Assembly: GCA_021399395.1 (NCBI GenBank)
Contig: JAAFKJ010000001.1
Coordinates: 7,357 to 71,356 of the forward strand
Direction: 5' to 3'
DNA from: Candidatus Heimdallarchaeota archaeon
GTDB lineage: Archaea; Asgardarchaeota; Heimdallarchaeia; Heimdallarchaeales; Heimdallarchaeaceae
DNA length: 64,000 bases
Shown: positions 46,891 to 56,718 of the stretch, piece after piece
Layout: every line of letters begins with the position of its first letter
Numbering within the stretch: position 1 is the first letter of the stretch
Notes under the pieces: model-generated
The model's database searches: none
What the model saw: only the letters and a program-made list of their open reading frames with translations
Told to the model about the DNA's origin: nothing
Program-made: the position numbers and the translations under genes

Positions 46891-47463
46891 GTGAGTAAGA
46901 TGAAATCATGTCCTTTCTGTGAAAGGTCTATTCCAGAAATTTCTGTTTTTTGTGCTTATTGTGGTAAAAAGGTTAAAGATATTGAAGTAAGCGAATCAAA
47001 ACAATCTAATTTTGAATCAGGCTTTCAAAAATCTTTGAAGAAAATGAAGAAGCAAGTATCAACCTTTGTTTCAGGTTTAAACACCAAAGTTGAGAATTCT
47101 GAATCTCTCTCTTTTGTTAATAAACAAAGGATTCTTGGCATTCTCAATCAGCTTCAGATTCAAGACCAAAGAGAACTAAGTGAAGATAAAGAAGAACTAG
47201 CTATTTGGGTTGAGAAAGTAGAAGAAGCTATATCAGGAGACAAATGCATTATTTGCTTGCAAGAATTCGAAGTTAAAGAAAATGAAGAGCTAAATGTTAT
47301 TTTATGTCCTTCATGCAATTATGCTGGCCATCCAAACCATTTCATAACTTGGTTAGACACAAAAAACAACTGTCCTATGTGTAGAAGCGAGTTAACTAAA
47401 AAGAGCTTATTACGTGGTCATTTAACAATCAAAGAAGAGCAATTGACTTTCATACAAGATTGA
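46891..47463 (+). CDS. zinc-ribbon + RING-like (cross-brace) zinc-finger protein
   Basis: N-terminal CPFC-x10-CAYCG. C-terminal CIICLQEFEVKENEELNVILCPSCNYAGHPNHFITWLDTKNNCPMCRSEL closely resembles RING-H2 E3 domains. Confidence 0.65.
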   Translation: MSKMKSCPFCERSIPEISVFCAYCGKKVKDIEVSESKQSNFESGFQKSLKKMKKQVSTFVSGLNTKVENSESLSFVNKQRILGILNQLQIQDQRELSEDKEELAIWVEKVEEAISGDKCIICLQEFEVKENEELNVILCPSCNYAGHPNHFITWLDTKNNCPMCRSELTKKSLLRGHLTIKEEQLTFIQD

Positions 47464-47477
47464 ACCTTCAAGAATTA

Positions 47478-48281
47478 TCATTGGGAGTTTTTCTTTTCTC
47501 TCATTTCCAATTTGTATTTTTTCAGGAGATTTTTATATTCTTCTGCTTTTTGTCCCGGATCATCAGAATAAACAATTGGACCTCCAACACAGATCATTGC
47601 ATTGTCATCAAAATTGTAAATTACACTTTTTACGATCAGGTGTTCGCTCCCATAAATAGGTGTTAAGGCAAGGATTTTCGATCCTATTGTTTCTTTCATT
47701 TTCCTAACATCTTTAACATCGATATGCTCTGCATTCCCTATCCAAAATCCATCTACTTGAGCTTTCTTACATCTCTCAGCGACATATAGATAGAGAGGTT
47801 GTTCACTTATGGTAGCAATCTTATAGAACATAGATTCTGGATTCGATAACAAGGTAAGAACAATTATTCCTAGTTTTCTTTGTTGAGCAAGAAGTGATGC
47901 CTTAGCTATATTAGCACTAAAAGGAGAAAATGTAAATGCATCAAAATTCTCTTCTTTGAACCAAAAAATCGCGGAATCATTTGAGGTGTCAATGTCACCT
48001 AGTTTATGGTCAATTATTGAAAGCATATTATTCTGGTGAATCAGAATATTGATTGATCTTATTTCATCAGATGTTAATCCGATTAAATATTGTCTATTAA
48101 GCTTGATTGCACAACTGTAAGGAGCAACATTTTTGATTATCCTTTTCATGAAATTAACTCTATCATCATCTAACATTACAGACCTTGAACGTTGAGATGG
48201 TAGAGCTGGATCTAAACTCACACAGAGCAAACTATCTTTGCTCTTAGAGATTGCAAGATATTGCTGGAGAAACTGTGACAT
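47478..48281 (-). CDS. orotidine-5'-phosphate decarboxylase-like paralog with degenerate C-terminal motifs
   Basis: LCVSLDP, AIKLN and IIDHKLGDID (DxKxxD) are retained. PG[VI]GAQGG reads TPIYGSEH, and VGRxI reads VGGPI. Confidence 0.7.
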   Translation of the reverse strand: MSQFLQQYLAISKSKDSLLCVSLDPALPSQRSRSVMLDDDRVNFMKRIIKNVAPYSCAIKLNRQYLIGLTSDEIRSINILIHQNNMLSIIDHKLGDIDTSNDSAIFWFKEENFDAFTFSPFSANIAKASLLAQQRKLGIIVLTLLSNPESMFYKIATISEQPLYLYVAERCKKAQVDGFWIGNAEHIDVKDVRKMKETIGSKILALTPIYGSEHLIVKSVIYNFDDNAMICVGGPIVYSDDPGQKAEEYKNLLKKYKLEMREKKNSQ

Positions 48282-48351
48282 CTATTAATTCCCATGGAGT
48301 TCATAGGAATCAACGTTTATAATTTTTATTTTTGTTTTCTCCATCATTTTT

Positions 48352-48367
48352 TTGCAGTGAAATGCAA
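48352..48367. promoter_or_regulatory. palindrome TTGCA-gtgaaa-TGCAA in the pyrF-like / pyrBI divergent spacer
   Basis: Read directly. It is the third exact copy of the same half-sites and spacing. Confidence 0.5.
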
Positions 48368-48442
48368 TAAAAACCCCTTTTTTCCTAAGAAATCGCATGA
48401 TTTATAACTGAAAATTTCTTTACTGAATTGGAAGATACGAGA

Positions 48443-49360
48443 ATGAATCTCGAACACTTATTTACAATAAGAAGAATGTCCAAAAATCTTATGGAGGACA
48501 TTTTCGATTTAGCTTCTTCTATAGAAGAAAAACCGGATTCTTTTGCTGAAAAATGCAAAGGAAAAATACTAGCTGCTCTCTTTTTTGAACCAAGTACCAG
48601 AACAAGATTATCCTTTGAAAGCGCTATGTTAAGACTTGGAGGACAAATTCTTGGGTTCTCAAGTGCAAAAGTAAGTAGTTCATCTAAAGGAGAGAGTATC
48701 GCTGATACCTTTAGAATGTTAAATCACTACGCGCACATAGCAGTAATTCGGCATTACATCGAAGGGATTGGAGAGATTGCTAAGGAATTTGCTACAATCC
48801 CAATGATATCTGGAGGTACAGGAACACAAGAACATCCGACTCAAGCACTGCTTGATCTTTATACCATAAGGAAGGAACTAGGAAAGGTAGACGATATAAC
48901 GATTGGAATCATGGGAGATTTACTCTATGGAAGAACAATACCCTCTCTTCTTTTTGGTTTAGCTAAATATGATAATGTGAAAGTTCATCTAATTTCTCCA
49001 CCAGCACTACATATACGTAAAAATGTAAAACTGCGCCTGGAAGAAAATGGTCTTGCTTTCAGAGTAACAGAAAATCACAAAGAAGTAATAGATGAACTAG
49101 ATGTGCTGTATGTGACACGCTTACAGAAAGAACGATTTCCTGACCCAACAGATTATGAGAGACTAAAAGGAGCATATCAGATCCGTAAATCTGATTTGAG
49201 AAAAGCAAAAGATAGCATGATAATTTTGCACCCTCTTCCAAGAGTAAGTGAGATTCCTTTTGAATTGGATGAACTAAAATATGCTAAGTATTTTGACCAA
49301 GCAAAAAATGGAGTATGGGTACGAATGGCTCTAATTCTTAAATATCTAGGAGTGGATTAA
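48443..49360 (+). CDS. pyrB: aspartate carbamoyltransferase catalytic subunit
   Basis: FFEPSTRTRLSFE, HPTQALLD, HPLPR. ATG 48443 is preferred; the track's TTG 48428 is possible. Confidence 0.92.
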   Translation: MNLEHLFTIRRMSKNLMEDIFDLASSIEEKPDSFAEKCKGKILAALFFEPSTRTRLSFESAMLRLGGQILGFSSAKVSSSSKGESIADTFRMLNHYAHIAVIRHYIEGIGEIAKEFATIPMISGGTGTQEHPTQALLDLYTIRKELGKVDDITIGIMGDLLYGRTIPSLLFGLAKYDNVKVHLISPPALHIRKNVKLRLEENGLAFRVTENHKEVIDELDVLYVTRLQKERFPDPTDYERLKGAYQIRKSDLRKAKDSMIILHPLPRVSEIPFELDELKYAKYFDQAKNGVWVRMALILKYLGVD

Positions 49361-49831
49361 ATGAATGAAGATAAGAATAAATTGATTGTAAGAAAAATAG
49401 AGAATGGAACAGTGATTGACAGAATTCCTCCAGGTAAAGCTTTGCGCATACTCGAGGTTTTAGGAATAGATGCAAATTACCCATATACAGTTGCACTCGC
49501 TATACGTGTTCTTTCCAAAAAAATGTCTCTTAAAGATGTAGTAAAAATCAAAGGTAAGGAATTAACAGAAAATGAAGTTCATAAGCTCTCATTTATTGCT
49601 CCAGGAGCATCTGTAAATATCATTCAGAATTTCGAGGTTCAGAGAAAAATACAGTTAGAAATTCCTGACCATGTTGAAGAATTTATCAAGTGTCTTAATC
49701 CAAATTGTGTTTCTAATTCCCATGAACCCATAACCTCATCATTTGATATAATTTCTAAAAAACCTTTGATTCTTAGATGTATCTACTGTGATAGAGTTAT
49801 GGAGGACAAATATCTAAGTGGAAAACTATAG
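49361..49831 (+). CDS. pyrI: aspartate carbamoyltransferase regulatory subunit
   Basis: LIVRKIENGTVIDRIP, C-terminal zinc domain CLNPNC...CIYC. Starts 1 nt after pyrB. Confidence 0.9.
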   Translation: MNEDKNKLIVRKIENGTVIDRIPPGKALRILEVLGIDANYPYTVALAIRVLSKKMSLKDVVKIKGKELTENEVHKLSFIAPGASVNIIQNFEVQRKIQLEIPDHVEEFIKCLNPNCVSNSHEPITSSFDIISKKPLILRCIYCDRVMEDKYLSGKL

Positions 49832-51079
49832 GTAGGTACCAATGTCTTTTCTGTAGAAAAGATTCCCTTTTATTTGTGTAATCTTCCTATCATTTTCAAT
49901 TTTAGCAGATTCCAGGTCATCTCCCTTTGTTACAAGAGCTATAGCTCTACTGGATGTTGTTCTGATGGTGCTTTTATCTCGATAAACTGAAGCATAAAAA
50001 ATATCCTTATTTATGGCTGGATCAACCTCCACCGGTTCCTCTTTTACAGGATTTTGTGGATATCCTTGAGGAACTAGATAAGTACATACGGTAGCTTGTT
50101 TCTGAAACTCTGCTTTTGATAAATTCCCGTCTATTATTTGAGAAGCAATTTGCAGGAAATCAGTTTGTAATAATTTTAGAACATTTAGTGCTTCTGGGTC
50201 ACCAAATCTTACATTATATTCAATTAAAAATATACTATCTTCCGTTTTCATAAATTGTCCATACAGAATCCCTTTGAATTTTTCACCTGTGTTCTGATTT
50301 AATGCTTTCAGGGTTTTCTTTATTATATTCAGCGCATCCTTGTAATCCTTCTTTGAAAGGAATGGTAAATTGTGATCAGGAAGACTATATGATCCCATGC
50401 TTCCAGTCAAGGGTCCTTCCTCATTCTCGTATGCTCTTTTATAATCTCTTACCAAAGGCATAGGTAGAATGTTTGAACCATCTGTAAAAACCTGTAAGGA
50501 GAATTCTTTACCCTTCTTCTTCTCTTCAATCAAGTATTCACCTTCGCGGTTAATTAAGGTTTTAACGTACTTTGTTGCTTCATGAATATTTGTTAAATGA
50601 TCACCATAAACTTTTACACCCTTACCCCCAGTTAATCCATCGGGTTTGATGACAAAATCAGTTCCAAATTCATCTACAGCAACATCAAGATCCTCAACTG
50701 ATTTACCAATCATATAAGATACATTTCCAGGAACATTATAAATGTCCATCAAGTAACGAGTAAAAATCTTGCTACTTTCAATTTTTGCTACATTCTGTCG
50801 AGGACCACATGTTGGAATCCCTAGTTTATCTTCTAGATAATCAGTAATGCCATTTGCAAGAGGATTTTCAGGACCAATGATCGCAAAGTCTACATTTCTG
50901 TATTTCTTTAATTTCTCAAAATTATTTAGATCTCCAATACTAAATTTTTTTGATAAATCTGCAATACCAGGATTCTCTCTAGACATATATGAAAAAAGTT
51001 TGGCATCATTCTCTACAATCTTCATTGCAATGGAGTGTTCTCTTGCCCCATTTCCTACAAGTAATACTTTTAACCCCAT
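49826..51079 (-). CDS. purD: phosphoribosylamine-glycine ligase
   Basis: KVLLVGNGAREHSIA, ATP-grasp VIKPDGLTGGKGV, EYNVRFGDPE. Confidence 0.92.
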   Translation of the reverse strand: MGLKVLLVGNGAREHSIAMKIVENDAKLFSYMSRENPGIADLSKKFSIGDLNNFEKLKKYRNVDFAIIGPENPLANGITDYLEDKLGIPTCGPRQNVAKIESSKIFTRYLMDIYNVPGNVSYMIGKSVEDLDVAVDEFGTDFVIKPDGLTGGKGVKVYGDHLTNIHEATKYVKTLINREGEYLIEEKKKGKEFSLQVFTDGSNILPMPLVRDYKRAYENEEGPLTGSMGSYSLPDHNLPFLSKKDYKDALNIIKKTLKALNQNTGEKFKGILYGQFMKTEDSIFLIEYNVRFGDPEALNVLKLLQTDFLQIASQIIDGNLSKAEFQKQATVCTYLVPQGYPQNPVKEEPVEVDPAINKDIFYASVYRDKSTIRTTSSRAIALVTKGDDLESAKIENDRKITQIKGNLFYRKDIGTYL

Positions 51080-51081
51080 GT

Positions 51082-52479
51082 TTAGACCTCTTCATAGTGG
51101 CTTCTGCTTACTAATTCTCCATTCAAGTATCTTATCCGTATTTCTTGTGCATGTTCAGTAGGATAACTACCTGAAAGACATGCAGTACATAAGTCAGAAA
51201 ATCCGATAGATTTTTTCAAAGATTCAATGTTTTGATAGTATAATTCATCCACATCCAGAATTTGTTTCATTTCTTCAATTTTGTATCCGGAAGCGATCAG
51301 TTCATCATCAGTAGGAAAATCAATTCCATAATAACAGGCAAATCTAATAGCAGGACAAGTGACAGCTAGATAGATCTTTTTTGCACCTAGTTTTCTAAGG
51401 TCCTTAATGATTTTCTGGCTTGTTAATCCTCTTACAATGGAATCATCTACAACAAGGATATTTCTATCTTTAATGAAAGTTGGAGTGTAGAGATATTTTC
51501 TCTTAGCTACGCTTGTTCTCTCTTCCTTACTTTTCATAATGAAAGTTCTCTGAAGATATCTGTTTTTGATAATTGCTTCTCTAACCGGGATGTTGAGAAC
51601 CTCTGATAGACCTTGGCTTGCAGGTCTAGATGTATCTGGAACAGGTACAATGAAATCAATTTCAAGTTCAGATTTCTGAATTCTATGTCCTAACTCTCTA
51701 CCAAGTTCTAACCTTACATCATACACTAACCTCTGTTCAATATATGAACATGGATGTGCAAAATAAACAAACTCAAACATACAATGAGCATGATCACGTT
51801 GAACTATACTGGTATGTTTAACATCGTTTTTATTGATAAAAACTAATTCACCAGGTTTAACATCTTCGAATTTCTCTATTCCTAAATTTTGAAGAACGAC
51901 GCTTTCTGATGTAACTAGAGACACATTTTCAAACTTCCCCATTACTAGAGGTCTCAAACCTCTTGGATCTCTAAATGCAAACAATTGATCATTAAGAATA
52001 CCAATAATTGAATAACTTCCATCTATTGATTCCATAAATGCTCTTACTGCCGCTTCAATATCTCCTTTCATTTTATTAATTTGCATCCCTAAGAAATCAA
52101 CAACAAATCTAGCATCTGATTCGTATGATTGTTGTGTTAGAGAGGAGAGATTGGTAACATTTCCATTATGTACAATCGACAAGCTTCCAGATTCTGTTTC
52201 AAATGAGAATGGTTGTGCATATGTTTCTATATTGGAACTATCGGTTCTTGTACCAAAAGTAGGATATCGTGTTGCACCAAGTAGAGATCTAGTTTCTATT
52301 TTCTCATCTATTTCAAGTAAATCGGGATAACTATCTGATTTAGAAGTAATCAGACTAGCTGTGGATTCATCATACCAAGCTAAACCACTGGCATCCTGAC
52401 CTCTGTGTGTGAGCATCTGAAGCAGTATTCGGCCTTGTCCCAAGGTTGTTAATCCTTTGATTCCTAAAACTCCACACAT
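51082..52479 (-). CDS. purF: amidophosphoribosyltransferase
   Basis: N-terminal MCGVLGI (Ntn Cys), HRGQDASG, PRT loop ILVVDDSIVRGLTS. Confidence 0.93.
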   Translation of the reverse strand: MCGVLGIKGLTTLGQGRILLQMLTHRGQDASGLAWYDESTASLITSKSDSYPDLLEIDEKIETRSLLGATRYPTFGTRTDSSNIETYAQPFSFETESGSLSIVHNGNVTNLSSLTQQSYESDARFVVDFLGMQINKMKGDIEAAVRAFMESIDGSYSIIGILNDQLFAFRDPRGLRPLVMGKFENVSLVTSESVVLQNLGIEKFEDVKPGELVFINKNDVKHTSIVQRDHAHCMFEFVYFAHPCSYIEQRLVYDVRLELGRELGHRIQKSELEIDFIVPVPDTSRPASQGLSEVLNIPVREAIIKNRYLQRTFIMKSKEERTSVAKRKYLYTPTFIKDRNILVVDDSIVRGLTSQKIIKDLRKLGAKKIYLAVTCPAIRFACYYGIDFPTDDELIASGYKIEEMKQILDVDELYYQNIESLKKSIGFSDLCTACLSGSYPTEHAQEIRIRYLNGELVSRSHYEEV

Positions 52480-53085
52480 TTATTCCACTATCCTAGCTTT
52501 ATTACTATATACCTGTATTTTCCCTAAAGAGAAGAGTGAAATTGCTTTAGGTAGTAACACATGTTCTTCTCTCAAAATCCTATCAGCAAGTTCTTTCTCT
52601 GAATCCTCACTGTATACCTCAACACATTTCTGCAGAATAATGGGTCCTTCATCAACTGTTTCAGTTACAATATGAACAGTACAGCCTGAGATTTTCACAC
52701 CAAAGTCTAATGCTTGTTTTTGCGCTTTTAGCCCAGGAAAAGAAGGAAGTAGGGAGGGATGTATATTGATGATTTTGTTCTTATACTTAGATATAAAATT
52801 CGAGGATAAGATCTGCATGAATCCTGCGAGAACTATGAACTCAATTTTATTGTGTTCAAGTATTTCTAAAATTTCGCTCTCTTGTTCACAATAATCAAGA
52901 TTCTTTTTATCGACAATAGCTGTTTGTTTGTGACTTCTTTGAGCAATTTCTAATCCTTTTGCTTCAGGATTGTTTGATAGTACTAAAACAATTTTAGTTT
53001 TCCCCAAGCTCTTCTCTTCTTCTGCTTTCAGAATAGCTTCAAGGTTTGTTCCTCTTCCAGATATTAAAACAGCTGTTCTCATCAT
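52480..53085 (-). CDS. purN: phosphoribosylglycinamide formyltransferase
   Basis: AVLISGRGTNLEAIL, INIHPSLLP, GCTVHIVTETVDEGPII. Confidence 0.9.
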   Translation of the reverse strand: MMRTAVLISGRGTNLEAILKAEEEKSLGKTKIVLVLSNNPEAKGLEIAQRSHKQTAIVDKKNLDYCEQESEILEILEHNKIEFIVLAGFMQILSSNFISKYKNKIINIHPSLLPSFPGLKAQKQALDFGVKISGCTVHIVTETVDEGPIILQKCVEVYSEDSEKELADRILREEHVLLPKAISLFSLGKIQVYSNKARIVE

Positions 53086-53086
53086 C

Positions 53087-54121
53087 TCACCTCGTAAATA
53101 TCACATTATAGTCTTGAATTTTAACAATAGGATCCGTGATAATCTCACCGATTATTAGCGAATCAAAGTGTTTTGAAAGAGTTTCGAGAGCTTTTTGAGC
53201 ATTATTTTTGGAAACAATGACAACGAAGCCTATACCCATGTTGAATATGGAGAACATTTCTTGGTAGTCTATATTCCCTACAGATTGAATCTCATGAAAT
53301 ATTTGTGGGATGTTGCACCATTTGTCGATTTGAAAACCAAGATTTGTTATTCGAAATAGTTTCTTAAAACCTCCACCTGTGATATGAGCAAGTCCATTTA
53401 TTTCGCAATTTTCTGATAAGTCTTTAATTGCTTCAGTGTATATTCTTGTAGGAATTAGCAATTCCTCTCCTACATTTGTTCCCCATGGAAAACTTTCATT
53501 GTATTCATATTTAATAGATAAAACTTTTCGAAGTATAGTAAAACCATTAGAATGAATCCCACTACTTGTTATCCCTATGATTACATCTCCAACTTTTATT
53601 TTAGAACCATCTACAATTTCTTTGATATCAACTATTCCGAGTGCAGTACCAGCAAGATCAAAAGAATTGATGTTAGTTGATAGAAGCTCTGGTATTTTCG
53701 CCAGCTCACCTCCTATCAGAGGTATTTTTGCCAGCTCACAACCTTTCAAAATTCCTTGCATGATACCATCTATAACATCTTCTTGAAAGTCTGAAACTGC
53801 TAGATAATCAACAAAAGCACTTGGTTGAATTCCCATTGCTAGAAGATCATTAACATTCATTGCAACACAATCTATACCCACAGTATCAAACTTTCCAGTT
53901 TTTTGGGCTATAAGCAGTTTAGTTCCAACTCCATCAGTTGCTAAGGCCAGTCCATAATCTCCAAATTTAATCAGATTAGCATAATGACCTTCTTTAGATA
54001 CAACATTTCCAAGTTCAAAGCTACTTTTCACATACTTGTTGATATTCTTCAAAATCCTAGCTTCTTTAGATAAATCTATTCCAGCCTCAGCATAAGTATT
54101 AGGTATATTCTTTTCAGTCAT
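53087..54121 (-). CDS. purM: phosphoribosylformylglycinamidine cyclo-ligase (AIR synthetase)
   Basis: YAEAGIDL, LATDGVGTKL, GIDCVAMNVNDL, SSGIHSNGF, AHITGGG. Confidence 0.93.
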   Translation of the reverse strand: MTEKNIPNTYAEAGIDLSKEARILKNINKYVKSSFELGNVVSKEGHYANLIKFGDYGLALATDGVGTKLLIAQKTGKFDTVGIDCVAMNVNDLLAMGIQPSAFVDYLAVSDFQEDVIDGIMQGILKGCELAKIPLIGGELAKIPELLSTNINSFDLAGTALGIVDIKEIVDGSKIKVGDVIIGITSSGIHSNGFTILRKVLSIKYEYNESFPWGTNVGEELLIPTRIYTEAIKDLSENCEINGLAHITGGGFKKLFRITNLGFQIDKWCNIPQIFHEIQSVGNIDYQEMFSIFNMGIGFVVIVSKNNAQKALETLSKHFDSLIIGEIITDPIVKIQDYNVIFTR

Positions 54122-54140
54122 TGAATTCCATCTCCCATAA

Positions 54141-54539
54141 TTATCTTACATTATTGAAATTGATAAGCTTAAGAATTCGAATCGATAGATATGCAGCATT
54201 TTCTCCGTTATCAATCCCTACTGTTGCAACAGGTACCCCTTTAGGCATCTGAACCATGGACAATAGTGCATCCATCCCATTCAATGCTGCCGACACTGGA
54301 ACCCCTATTACTGGTTTTTTTGTCAAAGATGCTACAACTCCAGGTAGAGCTGCTGCTAAACCAGCTATGCAAACGAAAATATGTGCTTTAGAATTTTCTA
54401 CTTTAACTACTAATTTATCGTGATCTCTATGAGCAGAAATATAGCTCACTTTGAAATCGATTGAGTGTTTTTCCAAAACACTTGTAACTTTTTTAACTAT
54501 TTTTTCATCACTTTTGCTTCCCGCAATTATTTCTATCAT
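54141..54539 (-). CDS. purE: phosphoribosylaminoimidazole carboxylase catalytic subunit / N5-CAIR mutase family (short, 132 aa)
   Basis: [31 protein letters not shown]. No purK in the window. Confidence 0.88.
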   Translation of the reverse strand: MIEIIAGSKSDEKIVKKVTSVLEKHSIDFKVSYISAHRDHDKLVVKVENSKAHIFVCIAGLAAALPGVVASLTKKPVIGVPVSAALNGMDALLSMVQMPKGVPVATVGIDNGENAAYLSIRILKLINFNNVR

Positions 54540-54540
54540 A

Positions 54541-56718
54541 TTATTCCTCCATAAATCTTGAAATCGCTTTTGACCAGCTTTCCCTTAGTTCTTTCAGATC
54601 AATACTAATCTCATCATCAATTCTAATTTCAGGTGTAGAAATTGTTTTTCCGAGAATCTTATAATCGTCATCTTTCTTCAAATTCTCTTTAATATACTCT
54701 AGTTTTGATTGTGATATTTCTACAACATATCTAGTTGGAGCTTCTGCAAAAATAAACTCTTCAATGGATAGATTCTCCTCTTCTAGAACATTGTTTAAAG
54801 ATAATTCCACACCAATATTTTTATCAAAAGCCATTTCAATGAGAGATGTAATTAGCCCCCCATTTGATATATCGTGGCAACTTAAAATGAGTTTTTCATT
54901 ATTTAATTTCTCGATAATCTGCCTTGATTTCATTTCTTTATCGAAATCATAAGTTGAGATTTTTCCCTCTATTTTACCATGATTATATCTCAGATATTCA
55001 GAACCATTCAAGTTTCCATCATTAAATCCAATCGAGATAATTATGCTATCTTCACTCTGAAAACTGTTCTTGATAAGTTGATTTGGCTCTTCAATTATTC
55101 CAATCATACCTATTGTGGGTGACGGATTAATGCGATCCTTCTTTCCAGCAATTGAAGATTCATTATAGAATGAGACATTCCCACCAACTATCGGTAATGA
55201 AAAATCCTTAGAAAATTGTCCCAATCCTTTTACAGCTTCTACAAATTGCCAATACGAATCTGGGTTTTCTGGATTACCAAAATTTAAGCAATCGACAATA
55301 GCTAATGGTTTGGCACCTACACATACGAGATTCCGCATCGCTTCTGCTGCATTGTTTGCAGTTCCATTGAATGGGTCTAGATAAGTCATGAAAGAATTAC
55401 AATCCAAAGATAGGGCTATGTATTTTTCATTTTCCAATTTTAACACAGCAGAATCAGATCCTGCAGCGATTACTGTCTGAGTCTGTACATGTTGGTCATA
55501 TTGTTGATAAACCCAGGATTTATCTCCAATATTTGGTGAAGACAATAGCTTCAAAATCTCTTCTTTGATATTTGGAGAGATTGGCACAGTGTATGATATC
55601 TCATCAGACACATAATCAGGAATTTCAAGAAGTCTTTCAGGTTCTGGGCAACCTTCAACAACTAGATCTACTGGCAATTCCACGACTTTATTTCCCTCAA
55701 AGAATGCGATATAATGACTATTGTCTGTAACCTCTCCTATTACTGAAGATTGTAAATCATATTTATCCAAGATTTCGCACACTTTTGATAGTTTCTCAGA
55801 ATCTACAATTGCAAGCATTCTTTCCTGAGATTCAGAAACAAGGATTTCCCAAGGTTCCATGTTTTTCGCTCTTAAGGGAATATCTTCTAATCGTATTATT
55901 GCACCAGTTCCTCCTCGAGAACACATTTCAGTTACACCGCAACTCAATCCACCTCCACCTAAATCCTGCAAACCAGCAAGTAGTTCTTCTTCTACTAGCT
56001 CAAGCGTAGCATCAATGAGGATTTTTTCCATTAGTGGATCCCCGATTTGAACTGCAGGTCTATCTTTCTCGCTTTTATCACTTAGATCCTTTGATGCAAA
56101 AGAAACACCATGAATTCCATCTCTTCCAGTTGACGAACCATACAGAACGAGGAAACTTCCAGGTTTTGATGCAATACTTCTAACTACTTTTTTCTTATCT
56201 ATTACTCCCACACACATTGCATTAACTAAACAGTTTTCTTCAAAAGGTTGAGCAAATTCAACTTCTCCTCCTAAAGTTGGTATTCCGCAACAATTTCCAT
56301 AAAATGAAATTCCTCTCACTACATTTTCAAATAGATGTTGAGACCTCTTAGATTCTAATTCTCCAAATCGAATAGAATCTAATAGTGCTACTGGTCGACA
56401 TCCTTGAGAAAGTATATCTCTAATTATTCCACCTACACCTGTTGCAGCACCATCATAAGGTGAAATTGCTGATGGGTGATTGTGACTCTCCAAACCCAAA
56501 CCAACTAAAAATCCATCTCCAATATCAATTAAACCTGCACCTTCACCAATTCCCAGTTCTAAGTATGGAGCTTCTGTATTGAATAAATGAAACCACCTCT
56601 TAGATGATTTATAGGAGCAATGCTCAGACCACATTGCTTCAAATACAGCTATTTCAGCTTCGTTTGGTTCCCTTTCAAGAGAATCTTTAATTGTACCATA
56701 TTCTTCAACAGTTAGCAT
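54541..56718 (-). CDS. purL: phosphoribosylformylglycinamidine synthase subunit II
   Basis: [30 protein letters not shown], 725 aa. Confidence 0.93.
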   Translation of the reverse strand: MLTVEEYGTIKDSLEREPNEAEIAVFEAMWSEHCSYKSSKRWFHLFNTEAPYLELGIGEGAGLIDIGDGFLVGLGLESHNHPSAISPYDGAATGVGGIIRDILSQGCRPVALLDSIRFGELESKRSQHLFENVVRGISFYGNCCGIPTLGGEVEFAQPFEENCLVNAMCVGVIDKKKVVRSIASKPGSFLVLYGSSTGRDGIHGVSFASKDLSDKSEKDRPAVQIGDPLMEKILIDATLELVEEELLAGLQDLGGGGLSCGVTEMCSRGGTGAIIRLEDIPLRAKNMEPWEILVSESQERMLAIVDSEKLSKVCEILDKYDLQSSVIGEVTDNSHYIAFFEGNKVVELPVDLVVEGCPEPERLLEIPDYVSDEISYTVPISPNIKEEILKLLSSPNIGDKSWVYQQYDQHVQTQTVIAAGSDSAVLKLENEKYIALSLDCNSFMTYLDPFNGTANNAAEAMRNLVCVGAKPLAIVDCLNFGNPENPDSYWQFVEAVKGLGQFSKDFSLPIVGGNVSFYNESSIAGKKDRINPSPTIGMIGIIEEPNQLIKNSFQSEDSIIISIGFNDGNLNGSEYLRYNHGKIEGKISTYDFDKEMKSRQIIEKLNNEKLILSCHDISNGGLITSLIEMAFDKNIGVELSLNNVLEEENLSIEEFIFAEAPTRYVVEISQSKLEYIKENLKKDDDYKILGKTISTPEIRIDDEISIDLKELRESWSKAISRFMEE

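Noticed and set aside
47460-47666. 68-aa plus-strand ORF after the RING-like gene
   Set aside because: It is antisense to the 3' end of the OMPDC-like gene and is Phe/Ile-rich low-complexity sequence.
54141-54539. purE as a degraded gene because it is only 132 aa
   Set aside because: The core motifs GSKSD, SAHR and [10 protein letters not shown] are intact and the gene sits tightly within the operon, so it is probably just a compact form.
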